The notes beneath the pieces are model-generated. The model ran no database searches, was not told the origin of the DNA, and saw only the letters and a program-made list of their open reading frames with translations. The position numbers and the translations under genes were made by a program. From Mayamaea pseudoterrestris (taxonomy: Eukaryota), in NCBI GenBank assembly GCA_027923505.1, contig BROI01000004.1, positions 186,001-250,000 on the forward strand: 64,000 nucleotides of DNA, read 5' to 3'. Of the stretch, positions 35,241-47,101 are shown one piece after another; the stretch's first letter is position 1; the number at the start of each line of letters is the position of its first letter.

Positions 35241-36860
35241 CAGCATGAAGTGCCCACACACTCTATGCGTACAGCCACTGTGCATGATCCAAGGGCACAA
35301 GACATAACGCCTTGGTGAATTTGGTTTGCGCATCAGCCTCCTGCTTGCCTTTGGTCTTCAGGTCAGCAGCATCTGTTGGCAGGTACTATGTGACTGCCTA
35401 ACCTAGCAGTGGCAACATCAGATCCCCACAACCTCTTTGTAAACTGACTTGCGGCATGATCCAAGGTCACAAATTGATATTGAATAGTGCATTCACTTTG
35501 TGCATTTGCCTCCTGCTTGTTGCCTGCCTCCAGATCCGCAGGAGTTGCTGGTATTTACTACTTAACTGCCAAACACCAACCTAGCAGTGGCAAACATGAA
35601 GTGCCCACACACTCTATGCGTACAGCCACTGTGCATGATCCAAAAGCACAAGACATACCTCCTTGGTGAATTTGGTTTGCGCATCAGCCTCCTGCTTGCC
35701 TTTGGCCTTCAGATCAGCAGCTTCTGTTGGTAGGTACTATGTGACTGCCTATCCTAGCAGTGGCAAACATCAGATCCCCACAACCTCTTTGTAAACTGGC
35801 TTGCGGCATGGTCAAAGGTCACAAATTGATATTGTATAGTGCATTCACTTTGTGCATTTGCCTCCTGCTTGTTGCCTGCCTCCAGATCCGCAGGAATTGC
35901 TGGTATGTACTACCCAACTTCCGAACACCAACCTATCATTGGAAACATGAAGTGACCACACACTCTATGCGTACAGCCACTGTGCATGATCCAAGGGCAC
36001 AAGACATACCTCCTTGGGGAATTTGGTTTGTGCATTGCCTCCTCTTGCCTTTGGTCTTCAGGTCAGCAGCTTCTGTTGGCAGGTACTATGTGACTGCCTA
36101 ACCTAGCAGTGGCAAACATCAGATCCCCACAACCTCTTTGTAAACTGGCTTGCGGCATGATCCAAGGTCACAAATGGATAGTGCATAGTGCATTCACTTT
36201 GTGCATTTGCCTCCTGCTTGTTGCCTGCCTTCAGATCCGCAGGAGTTGCTGGTATTTACTACTTAACTGCCAAACACCAACCTAGCAGTGGCAAACATGA
36301 AGTGCCCACACACTCTATGCGTACAGCCACTGTGCATGATCCAAAAGCACAAGACATACCTCCTTGGTGAATTTGGTTTGCGCATCAGCCTCCTGCTTGC
36401 CTTTGGCCTTCAGATCAGCAGCTTCTGTTGGTAGGTACTATGTGACTGCCTACCCTAGCAGTGGCAAACATCAGATCCCCACAATTTCTTTGTAAACTGG
36501 CTTGGGACATGATCCAAGGTCACAAATGGATATTGTATAGTGCATGCACTTTGTGCATTTGCCTCCTGCTTGTTGCCTGCCTCCAGATCCGCAGGAGTTG
36601 CTGGTATTCACTACTTAACTGCCGAACACCAACCTAGAAGTGGCATACATGAAGTGGCCACACACTCTATGCGTGCAGCCACTGTGCATGATCCAAGGGC
36701 ACAAGGCATATCCTCCTTGGTGAATTTGGCCTCCTGCTGCATTTTGCCTTCAGATCAGCTGCTTCTGTTGGTAGGTACTTGCCTTAGCAGGGCAGCTCTT
36801 CATTGGGCATGATCCAAGGCCACAAATTGATATTGTATAGTGCAATCACTTTGTTCATAT
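35241..36860 (-). repeat. Satellite A in inverted orientation, diverged variant, ~4.5 units
   Basis: Reverse complement of the 1-5790 unit (catgaagtgcccacacactctatgcgtacagcc), ~350-bp period. Confidence 0.95.
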
Positions 36861-36864
36861 GCCG

Positions 36865-38330
36865 GCAGCAGGAACAATGGCTTGTTTGACTGATCAATGA
36901 TGCACTGCATCCTCCTTCAGCAAGCAGGAGTCTTTGTTTCTTCTGCAGTCAACTAAAGTAGTTTGTTTCCACAGCAATCTCTGAAGCATTGGCCAGAGCT
37001 TGGCCAGACCTTGGCCAGAGCTTGGTGCCCCAAATCCATTATTGGTATGTTTAACAGTCACTTACATATATGTTTGATCTTCTGCGCAAAATGGATCATT
37101 CCAAGTGCTTGTGGGTGCCAGAGCAAGTGGCATATAGCAGGAACATGGGGCCATCATTTTATGGTTCATAAAACAAATGATATGGAGACTATACCAATCC
37201 ATGGCTCACAGGATTCCTTCCAATACCATGACAGGACAGCAGTGGCTTGTTTGACTGATCTAATGATGCACTGAAGCCTCCTTCAGCAAGTGGTGGAAGC
37301 CTGGTTGGTGTTTGGCAGTCAACTGGTGTGTTTATTTTCACACAGTCTCTGGAGCATTGGCTAGAGCTTGGCCAGAGCTAGGTGCCTGAAATTCATTATT
37401 GGCATGTAGAACATTCACTAACATTTATATTTTGGGTTTCTGCGCAAGAATGGATCATTCCATGTGCTTGTGGGAGCCAGAGCAAGCGGCATATAGCAGG
37501 AACAATGGCTAGGCCCATCATTTTATGTTTCATAAAACAATGAAATGGAGACTATACCAATCCATGGCGCCCTTCCACAACCATGGCAGGACAGCATCAG
37601 CTTGTTTGACTGATTAATGATGCACTGATGCCTCCTTCAGCAAGTGGTGGGAGCCTGGTTGGTGTTTGGCAGTCAACTGGTGTGTTTGTTTTCACACAGT
37701 CTCTGGAGCATTGGCCAGAGCTTGGCCAGAGCTAGGTGCCTGAAATCCATTATTGGCATGTAGAACAGTCACTTACATATATGTTTGGGTTTTGCGCAAG
37801 AATGGATCATTCCAAGTGCTTGTGGGTGCCAGAGCAAGTGGCATATAGCAGGAACAATGGCTAGGCCCATCATTTTATGGTTCATAAAAGAATGAAATGG
37901 AGACTATACCAATCCATGGCGCCTTCCACAATCATGGCAGGTCAGCAGTGGCTTGTATGACTGATCAATGATGCACTGCAGCCTCCTTCAGCAAGTGGTG
38001 GGAGCCTGGTTGGTGTTTGGCAGTCGACTGGTGTGTTTGTTTTCACACAGTCTCTGGAGCATTGGCCAGAGCTTGGCCAAAGCTTGGCCTGAGCTTGGTG
38101 CCTGAAATCCATTATTGGCATGTAGAACAGTCACTTACATATATGTTTGAGTTTTGCGCAAGAATGGATCATTTTAAGTGCTTGTGGGTGCCAGATCCAG
38201 CGGCATATAGCAGGAACAATGGCTAGGCCCATCATTTTATGGTATATAAAACAATGAAATGGAGACTATACTGTGTCATGGCACCCTTCCACAACCATGG
38301 CAGGACAGCAGTGGCTTGTTTGACTGATCA
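36865..38330. repeat. Satellite C, ~351-366-bp unit, ~4 copies (resumes at 40305-40501)
   Basis: cctccttcagcaag at ~36911, 37277, 37631, 37982 and 40333. Confidence 0.9.
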
Positions 38331-40304
38331 TGTCAATGGCACACCCTGGGGGACATGTTGTTTTTGCCTAGTCATCTGGTGTTGTGGGTGGCCAGGGAGG
38401 GCTTGTGGCACTGGGTGTTGTGGGCCGCGTCGGTGTCGGTGGATGATTCCATAATTTTGGGTGTTGGCCACACCCAGCCTGCAGCCCATTCCCATGGTGT
38501 AGGCCTCCAGGCAGTCCATTTTGCACCATTTCAGACCATCCTCACTGTCAATGGCACACCCGGGAAATGTTTTGCCTGACTCCTTGGGGGGTGGCCAGGG
38601 CTCGGGGCGTTGTAGTGAGATCTGCTGTGGTGTTGGCCATACCCAGCACAGACCACATGGTGTCGGCCTCCAGGCAGTCCGTTTTGTACCATTTCAGACC
38701 ATCCACATGTCAATGGCACACCCAGGACATGTTTTGCCTGACTCATTGGGTTGTTGGGTGGCCAGGGCATGGGACATTGTAGTGGTATGATTCCATAATT
38801 TGGGGTGTTGGCCACACCCATCTTGCAGACCATTCCATGCTGTAGGCCTCCAGGCAGTCCGTTTTGCACCATGTCAGACCATTCTCATGTCAATGGCACA
38901 CCCTGGACATGTTTTGCATGACTCATTGGGTTGTTGGGTGGTCAGGGCATGGGGCATTGTAGTGGTATGATTCCATAATTTGGGGTGTTGGCCACACCCA
39001 TTTTGCAGATGGTGTAGGCCTCCAGGCAGTCCGTTTCGCACCATTTCAGACCATCCTCATGTCAATGGCACACGCTGGACATGTTTTGCCTGACTCATTG
39101 GGTTGTTGGGTGGCCAGGGCATGGGGCATTGCAGTGGTATGATTCCATAATTTGGGGTGTTGGCCACACCCATCTTGCAGACCATTCCATGCTGTAGGCC
39201 TCCAGGCAGTCCGTTTTGTACCATTTCAGACCATCCACATGTCAATGGCACACCCTGGACATGTTTTGCCTGACTCATTGGGTTGTTGGGTGGCCAGGGC
39301 ATGGGGCATTGTAGTGGTATGATTCCATAATTTGGGGTGTTGGCCACACCCATCCTGCAGACCATTCCATGGTGTAGGCCTCCAGGCAGTCCGTTTTGCA
39401 CCATGTCAGACCATCCTCATGTCAATGGCACACCCTGGACATGTTTTGCCTGACTCATTGGGTTGTTGGGTGGCCAGGGCACGGGGCATTGTAGTGGTAT
39501 GATTCCATAATTTGGGGTGTTGGCCACACCCATTTTGCAGATGGTGTAGGCCTCCAGGCAGTCCGTGTTGCACCATTTCAGACCATCCTCATGTCAATGG
39601 CACACCCTGGACATGTTTTGCCTGACTCATTGGGTTGTTGGGTGGCCAGGGCATGGGGCATTGCAGTGGTATGATTCCATAATTTGGAGTGTTGGCCACA
39701 CCCATCTTGTAGACCATTCCATGCTGTAGGCCTCCAGGCAGTCCGTTTTGTACCATTTCAGACCATCCACATGTCAATGGCACACCCAGGACATGTTTTG
39801 CCTGACTCATTGGGTTGTTGGGTGGCCAGGGCATGGGGCATTGCAGTGGTATGATTCCATAATTTGGGGTGTTGGCCACACCCATCTTGCAGACCATTCC
39901 ATGCTGTAGGCCTCCAGGCAGTCCGTTTTGCACCATGTCAGACCATCCTCATGTCAATGGCACACCCTGGACATGTTTTGCATGACTCATTGGGTTGTTG
40001 GGTGATCAGGGCATGGGGCATTGTAGTGGTATGATTCCATAATTTGGGGTGTTGCCACACCCATCTTGCAGATGGTGTAGGCCTCCAGGCAGTCCGTTTT
40101 GCACCATTTCAGACCATCCTCATGTCAATGGCACAGGCTGGACATGTTTTGCCTGACTCATTAGGTTGTTGGGTGGCCAGGGCACGGGGCATTGTAGTGG
40201 TATGATTCCATAATTTGGGGTGTTGGCCACACCCTGGGGCCCTCGCACCTTCCCCCCCCCTGTCAATGGCACTACGCTGGACATGTTTTTCCTGACTCAT
40301 TGGG
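38331..40304. repeat. Satellite D, 180/172-bp monomers with a 532-bp trimer
   Basis: catgtcaatggcacacc recurs. Every third monomer lacks 8 bp. Near-identical ORFs are offset by 532 bp (39057/39589). Confidence 0.93.
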
Positions 40305-40616
40305 TTGTATGACTGATCAATGATGCACTGAAGCCTCCTTCAGCAAGTGGTGGGAGCCTGGTTGGTGTTTGGCAGTCAATTGATGTGTTTGTTTTTACAC
40401 ATTCTCTGGAGCATTGGTCACAGTGTGGCCATAGCCTGGTGCTTGTAATTCATGACATGGGATGTAGAGCAGTCACCAAAGATATATTTTGGGTTTGTGC
40501 GTTGTAACTTGTAAATCAAATCGTTGCACCTTTCGCTTGTAGCTGTCCTTGGATGGCCAATCCAAGCTTGCAGTTGCTACAATACGAGAGTATGTATCCT
40601 TTCTTAAGTTTCAAGC

Positions 40617-43600
40617 TTAGTGTCTGCTTGTTTCTCCTATATCGCTGCTGTGCCGTGGAAGAAACTTGGTAAGTACATCCGCCGGGTTTGTCGTTCCCAT
40701 GATGTGGTTGAAATTAATAATTCCCGCCGCAATCGCTTCGCGTACACGGTGAAATGCCAGTGCATTGTGTCGCTTCGTCAGACTAGAGTGCGGTAGGTTG
40801 CTGCTTTGCGTTACCGACTTGTTGTCTCCAAACATCCATGAAGGTCCGTCGAGCGGAACTCCCAACATGCGTAGCGTGAAGCGAAGATCCATGATCTGCT
40901 CCGTGCTCACTCTCGCTGCTACAAACTCCGAGCCGTACGTCGCCGTCTCGACCGTCGCTTGGCGTTTCGAAAACCAATCAACGACTGTTCCATTCAACAT
41001 GTGTAGCATGCCCATCGCTGCCCGTCCCGTCGTGTAATCGTGGTACAGGTTCGCATCTTCGAACGTTGACATTCGCACCGCCTTGCCGCGCGGCGTGGGC
41101 ATGTTCCACGGAAGCTCTTCGCAGATCTTGCCGTACACACTGTAATCCCAATCCATCTTGTCAACTGTCGCGTATCGCTCGTCCGTTGGAATCGAAACGT
41201 TGAATCGAATCGCTCCATCCGGGTATCTTCGTAAGTATCCGCAAATATGCTTCAACCGTTCCAAGTGCCCCGCTCGTGGCGCAGCTCGGAATCTCCCCAT
41301 AGTCATGACAGCACAGTGAATGTCGAATCGACATAAACTTACTGCCCATTGCAACGCACCAATTATCGATTGATACTTCGCAATTCCGTCGTCGTCAAGT
41401 TCTTTCGTTTCGTCGAGTTCCGGATGATCGCCGTCGCGTAGTGGACTTGTCTGCGGTCGCGGTTCCTCGCCGAACATTTCTTTGTAGTTCGCTAGTAGTC
41501 TTGTGACGTACTTCTTCGCTCCGAAGCAGAGTACGCCGTCGTCGTCTCGCCAAACGTCTGCGCCCAAATGATATGCCAATGGACCGACGCCCTTCAACTT
41601 GTAGTTGTAGTTCTCAATTAAAAGATCCGTTAGTTCCTTCGGATTCTTCATCGCTATCGCTAAATCGTCGACATACACACAAACGTATTCGTAGTGCGTG
41701 CCTTTATCGCGCATCCACACGTCCGGTTCTGCGATACACGGCATGAAGCCAATGTCGCGGAGCGTGTCTGCAAAGTGCTCGTGCCAGCGTGCGCCTGACG
41801 TGCGAAGACCGTATAATGCCTTCACGATCGTGAGCGTGTGACCCTCGAGCTCCCCGAACTCCGGACCTGCCACGATATAAACCTTCTCTTTCGTTTTCGC
41901 TTCCAAGTATGCGTTGCCGACGTCAGCTGCCCACAGTTCCAGACCGTTGAGTTCCGCTAACATCGCTACCATTCGTAGACTTCGCAATGACACAACGCCC
42001 GAGTAAACTGAATCCTTCGGCGGCTCTGTCATATGTCCTCCTGCAACGAGTCGTGCTTTCCGTCGCAAATCGTGCTTGACATCGAATATCATGTGCACGT
42101 TTATTCGTTTCCACGGCGCCGGCATAACCTTACCGACTCCTTGATCTGCGAACGTGTCGTAATCATTTATCTGATTTAATTCCGTTCGAATCGCATCCGT
42201 CCACAGCGTGTTGCCGTTGATCTCGTCGAGAGCTTTCGCATCTTTATAATTGCGCGGCAACCTTACGCCGAATTTGTAGCGTACGCCGTTTGCTTTCGAT
42301 TTTCGTTTCGCCGCTGTTACCATCTGTCGAAACTTCTTTCGCTTCCGAGTGTAATGCTCCAGCTGCTTCCATCCTGGCTTGTCGAGTAAGCCGTGCTTGA
42401 GTCCATACTCTGCGATCGTTATCGGATCGTCCTTCTTCATGATCGCGAGAGGCTCCCACGTCGTCGTTCCGTCAGTCCATTCGACGAGAACGTTACTTGA
42501 ACTTCCTTTGTATGTCGGATCGTTCGGTTTCAAATTAAGCTCGTGTCCGATTACCTTCGTGAATACCCACTGAGTCGCCGGATCGTTTCGTATATCTTCG
42601 TCCATCTGTCGTTCGATTAAATCCGACAGTTCGTTGTAACTTATTAAGTCTTTCGCTGGCTCCTCTCCCATTTGGATTAGGAAACCTTTCGTCGTTTCCA
42701 GTAGCTCGTTATCGCGTACTTCGATATATTCGCATACAGTCGCTCGCATTTTCTGACCGTTTTCGTGTTCCCTTACGAACGTGCGTCCGATGAGTTCGCT
42801 TGGAGAGAACAGAGGGCATTTATTCCCTGATTCTTGCTCAGCCCTTCTGAAGAACTTCGCTGGTACGTTGGCGTGGTTCGCCATCGGAATTGTTTCGTCG
42901 TCGTTTCCTTCGTAGTTGTCGTGACTACTTTCTGTCGCATGCGTGCTATGGTAGCGTCCTGTCGCGAGATCTGGAGTTTCAAAATTTCGCTCGCTTGCGC
43001 GTGTAGCTTCTTCAGAAATCTCCCCAGACTCAGGGAAGGAAGGCAACTCTCGTGGTAACAAGTAGCTGCGCGAGACCACGTTGGAGCGCGGAATCGCCTG
43101 AAGCGTGTCGTCCGTCAGAACGAGAAAAGTCATGTGCGGACCGCTATTCTCTGCGATGCCCACGAATCGGCCGTTGCCAGATCGTACCGCCGAGGGAAAG
43201 CTCCCCTGCGCCTCAAACGTGACCGGTTCCCACCACTTGAAATGTAACAAAGGCGAAATATCCGGCAGATTTCCGAACGCAACTTCCGTTGGCGTGCGCC
43301 ATCCCAGCGATTTCGTCGCGAGGACGTTCAGTATCATGATTACGAATTTAATCAGCAAAACCCAGCAATGGCCTGGCGAACCCGAATCTCGTTGGAGGTT
43401 CTCCATCATTGGCTTAATGTGCGACGTGTGACGTTCGCATGGATTTTGTTCTGGATGACCCGGTTCTGTGGTCACTTGAGGAATATTGTACATCCGACAG
43501 AGATCCCTCACAGCCTTGCCAGTCTCCGACTTGGCATTGTCGCTGAGCAGTCCGTTAGGAGCGCCCACTTCGCGGATAAAATCCTCTAACGCGTTTGACA

Positions 43601-46388
43601 TTTCGCTCTCCGACTTCATCGGGTAGCCGCGCGTGTAAAAACTTTCTCGTCCAACAAAGAGCTGCATCTTAGTAGCTCCCCCATGCCCTAGAATTCCATC
43701 ATCCAAAGCTGGCGTGTCAGAGTGTATCGTGTCCGTGGCGAATAGTTCGCGCAACCGCTGAACGTTCGCGGCCGGAAATCGTGATTTCGTGAGGTGTCGA
43801 AATGGTAATCGCGGGTGTGCGCTGAGATGATACCATGCTTCCGTGTGACGTAAAGTCTGTTGAACGCGCTCAGTCGGGACCCATCCGAGGTACGGCCGAA
43901 GAGCATTATAGTCCGGTTCCTTGCTTCTTAGCTTCCGCAAATTAACGCGTGAAAACTGAGCGTGTCGCACGCACCGATTGATCAGTACGTCAAGTTCGTC
44001 GCCAGTGCGTGTCGGCGTGTGACGATTGCGGTGCGTGATACCGTCATCATCGAATCGTTCGTCGAAAGATCCATAATCATGATCTCGTTCGTCGAAATCG
44101 TCGTGCGCGTGCTCGACATCGTAAACAGTCGGGTCCCACGGCACGTCCGACGTCATGATGACAGTCGGATACTTATCCAAATCATCGAACGTGGGTTTCG
44201 TCACGTCCAAGTACACCAGGCCATCGCGAATTGCCAATGGCAAAACGTAGCCTCCAATGTTCGTCGTAATTCGTTGCGTTCCGCCAAACATGGTCGGAAT
44301 ATCGTCGACGCGATGTCCCATTGCGCGCAATTGATTCGGGCAATGAATCGTCGGTCCGTCTCGCTTTAAAGCATACTGGTGACACAGAAGCAGAATGGTT
44401 TCGCCACTAAGGGTCTTTGCCAGTCCAGCTGCAGTGCCAATCTTGAGAGCTGGGACAATATGATCGTCAATACCAGTCACATCCACCTCGGCGTTCGTTT
44501 CCGAAACGACGAGCATGTCTCCTCCGCATAAGCCTCCGTTCGCGCCGCTGTCGATGAGCGCGCCTTCGTTGATCCGCTCGTAGTGTGCGCGATTGACGCG
44601 CATACGACGATGCATGTTGAAGCTGAATGTACCTCGTCCGGTGTTATCAGTCGTCAACGATCCTGTCACTTGCTGAGTTGTAGTACTCGCATTGTTCGCT
44701 TGCAGAACCGATCGTGCAGCCGTTTGGACTGACATTCCACTATTGCCGGGCTGAATATTAATCGTGCCAGGAACGCTTGCGTGATCGTTCGCTACAGATT
44801 CCGTCGCGTGACGCTCTTGATGCGCCGCGTTGACTTGCGTCTGCGTCGTAGCCGTGCCTCGTTGGTTGCGCGGTCGCCATCCGTTTTCGGGTGTCTTGGG
44901 CGCCGTCGCACGCTTGTCCTTCAACTGCTTTCGCTGATCAAACTTCATCTCCAACCAGACTTCATCCTTCACGCTCGCGTGAGGTTTCTTCATGATCGCT
45001 GCAAATCGTTCCGCCGATAAGCCGCTTGGAGTCGCGCCGCCATTGCCGCCGCCGCCTCCTTTCGTTCCACTAGACTGCGCTTGATTGATTGTGCGCTTAG
45101 TCTTCGTCGTCGATGGGTGTTTCTTGTCATACTTGATGCAGCACTCTTCTAAGTGCGCGTACAACTGCGCGAAATTGTCTTCCGAGTCGTGTTGCCCCAT
45201 GTGTTTCTTGATGGCAATCATTCCGTCAAAACCTGCTAGTGATGCGCTGAATCCTGTGTGCTCGGAGAAAGCGTCGCGTAGCATGTCGTATCGTTGTAAA
45301 CCTGTCAGAGCTTCTGCGTCCATTTCGAGCAGCCAGATGACTTTCTTGTAGAACAGTGCGAGAAATTCGATCGTCGGCCTTGACCACTTCTCGGTCAGCC
45401 GCATTCCCTGCAGTTCCGTTCGCGCGCGTTCCTTCTCGATGTGAGCAGTAGCGCCTTCTTCGTATCGCGTTCGCAATCGTTGGTAGACTTCGCGTCCGTC
45501 CATCGTCTTCTTGAACTGCTGTACTGCGAGTGATGCAGACGGAGTTCGACAGTGCGTGAGAAAGATCCTGTATACAAACACATTCTTCTTTGCATACGCC
45601 TTCTGTTCTTTCGGTCCCTTTTCCTTCGGGTCATAATCGTCGTCAAAGACTTCGTGGAAGTCGTGCAATGTAGCGATGACTTTCAACTCGGAAATCCACT
45701 GTTTCCACGAGGAATCCAGCTTCATTTCTTTACAATCCCTCGCCGAGAACTTGATAGACTTCGTAAATTGGTCTGAATACTTCTCGTCGTCTTCGTCGTC
45801 GCCGAGGTCCAGTACGGATGTCGGTGACTGCTTCGTGTCCACGTCCACGCTCGTCGGTGGCACCTTGTCGGCCGAGTCGGGCTTCGACTCGTCGCCTTCG
45901 TTCGTTAGCGTGGAGTCCTTGGATTCGTCCTTCTTGGATTCCGTTTCGCTTTCCTTCGCTGGAGGTTTCGCTCCGCTTCCGCTGCCCACGCTCGCAATGT
46001 TGCGCGCTTGGACTCGTTCCTTCGCTCGTGCTGTGACGAACGTCGCCAGCGTTTCGGTGGTCAGTTGCGACCATGTCTTGATGTCCGGCGACTCTTGCGC
46101 CAAATACCATTCGATCGCGTTCGTGATCGTGCGTTGTTTCATCTTCGTTAGCGAGTGTTCGCTCGTTTCCTGCGTGACATTGTCGCCATCGTCAGTCGTC
46201 GTCGTTGTCGTCGTCGTGACGTTCCACTTCGTCGCGAAATCGTCGTACTCCATCTCGATCAATTGCGTAAGCGATTCTACTCCGAGTTCGTCGAATAACT
46301 CCTTGAACTGAGGATCTTGGAAAACGCCTACGTTCTCTTCGTAAACATGCGCAAACGCCGCGTCTTTCTGCGCGCGAGTTTCCGCCAT
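40617..46388 (-). CDS. Gag-Pol polyprotein, copy 1 (last ~15 codons, PPT and U3 missing)
   Basis: Single ORF: PR LIDSGANGG, IN TDT/SDN/QNPCE, RT YVDD, RH ETATYGSE/NPADVLTK, in copia domain order. Confidence 0.95.
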   Translation of the reverse strand: MAETRAQKDAAFAHVYEENVGVFQDPQFKELFDELGVESLTQLIEMEYDDFATKWNVTTTTTTTTDDGDNVTQETSEHSLTKMKQRTITNAIEWYLAQESPDIKTWSQLTTETLATFVTARAKERVQARNIASVGSGSGAKPPAKESETESKKDESKDSTLTNEGDESKPDSADKVPPTSVDVDTKQSPTSVLDLGDDEDDEKYSDQFTKSIKFSARDCKEMKLDSSWKQWISELKVIATLHDFHEVFDDDYDPKEKGPKEQKAYAKKNVFVYRIFLTHCRTPSASLAVQQFKKTMDGREVYQRLRTRYEEGATAHIEKERARTELQGMRLTEKWSRPTIEFLALFYKKVIWLLEMDAEALTGLQRYDMLRDAFSEHTGFSASLAGFDGMIAIKKHMGQHDSEDNFAQLYAHLEECCIKYDKKHPSTTKTKRTINQAQSSGTKGGGGGNGGATPSGLSAERFAAIMKKPHASVKDEVWLEMKFDQRKQLKDKRATAPKTPENGWRPRNQRGTATTQTQVNAAHQERHATESVANDHASVPGTINIQPGNSGMSVQTAARSVLQANNASTTTQQVTGSLTTDNTGRGTFSFNMHRRMRVNRAHYERINEGALIDSGANGGLCGGDMLVVSETNAEVDVTGIDDHIVPALKIGTAAGLAKTLSGETILLLCHQYALKRDGPTIHCPNQLRAMGHRVDDIPTMFGGTQRITTNIGGYVLPLAIRDGLVYLDVTKPTFDDLDKYPTVIMTSDVPWDPTVYDVEHAHDDFDERDHDYGSFDERFDDDGITHRNRHTPTRTGDELDVLINRCVRHAQFSRVNLRKLRSKEPDYNALRPYLGWVPTERVQQTLRHTEAWYHLSAHPRLPFRHLTKSRFPAANVQRLRELFATDTIHSDTPALDDGILGHGGATKMQLFVGRESFYTRGYPMKSESEMSNALEDFIREVGAPNGLLSDNAKSETGKAVRDLCRMYNIPQVTTEPGHPEQNPCERHTSHIKPMMENLQRDSGSPGHCWVLLIKFVIMILNVLATKSLGWRTPTEVAFGNLPDISPLLHFKWWEPVTFEAQGSFPSAVRSGNGRFVGIAENSGPHMTFLVLTDDTLQAIPRSNVVSRSYLLPRELPSFPESGEISEEATRASERNFETPDLATGRYHSTHATESSHDNYEGNDDETIPMANHANVPAKFFRRAEQESGNKCPLFSPSELIGRTFVREHENGQKMRATVCEYIEVRDNELLETTKGFLIQMGEEPAKDLISYNELSDLIERQMDEDIRNDPATQWVFTKVIGHELNLKPNDPTYKGSSSNVLVEWTDGTTTWEPLAIMKKDDPITIAEYGLKHGLLDKPGWKQLEHYTRKRKKFRQMVTAAKRKSKANGVRYKFGVRLPRNYKDAKALDEINGNTLWTDAIRTELNQINDYDTFADQGVGKVMPAPWKRINVHMIFDVKHDLRRKARLVAGGHMTEPPKDSVYSGVVSLRSLRMVAMLAELNGLELWAADVGNAYLEAKTKEKVYIVAGPEFGELEGHTLTIVKALYGLRTSGARWHEHFADTLRDIGFMPCIAEPDVWMRDKGTHYEYVCVYVDDLAIAMKNPKELTDLLIENYNYKLKGVGPLAYHLGADVWRDDDGVLCFGAKKYVTRLLANYKEMFGEEPRPQTSPLRDGDHPELDETKELDDDGIAKYQSIIGALQWAVSLCRFDIHCAVMTMGRFRAAPRAGHLERLKHICGYLRRYPDGAIRFNVSIPTDERYATVDKMDWDYSVYGKICEELPWNMPTPRGKAVRMSTFEDANLYHDYTTGRAAMGMLHMLNGTVVDWFSKRQATVETATYGSEFVAARVSTEQIMDLRFTLRMLGVPLDGPSWMFGDNKSVTQSSNLPHSSLTKRHNALAFHRVREAIAAGIINFNHIMGTTNPADVLTKFLPRHSSDIGETSRH

Positions 46389-47101
46389 CGTTGTCGTCGT
46401 GACAATGTTCTTGCTATCACCTGCGGAACTTTCCGGGCCAAGAACCAACGTGCGTCCACGTTACTTCGTAAATCAATAGTACTCTTCGTCGATAAAGTCT
46501 CTATGCCGAGGCAATGAGTCTCAAGACAGTGTTAATCTTGTAACTTGTAAATCAAATCGTTGCACCTTTCGCTTGTAGCTGTCCTTGGATGGCCAATCCA
46601 AGCTTGCAGTTGCTACAATACGAGAGACGAATAAATCGCTTTCTTAACTCTTCAAGCTTAGTAAGTCTGCTTGTTTCTACTCTATATCGCACTAGTTTCA
46701 GCAATATACTTGTTGAATCGCTTCGAAGCCGTCGCTGCCACGCATCACGCGATCGTGAGGCTGTGGTGAGCCGCGAGTGCCGCTGTGTCACCCTATCGGA
46801 CATTCGGTGTGACTTGCCCGATTTTCGCTGTTTTCGTTCGCATCCTGCAAAATACGAGAGACGAATAAATCGCTTTCTTAACTCTTCAAGCTTAGTAAGT
46901 CTGCTTGTTTTTACTCTATATCGCACTAGTTTCAGCAATATGCTCGTTGAATCGCTTCGAAGCCGTCGCTGCCACGCATCACGCGATCGTGAGGCTGTGG
47001 TGAGCCGCGAGTGCCGCTGTGTCACCCTATCGGACATTCGGTGTGACTTGCCCGATTTTCGCTGTTTTCGTTCGCATCCTGCAACTCCCCTCAAGTCATA
47101 C

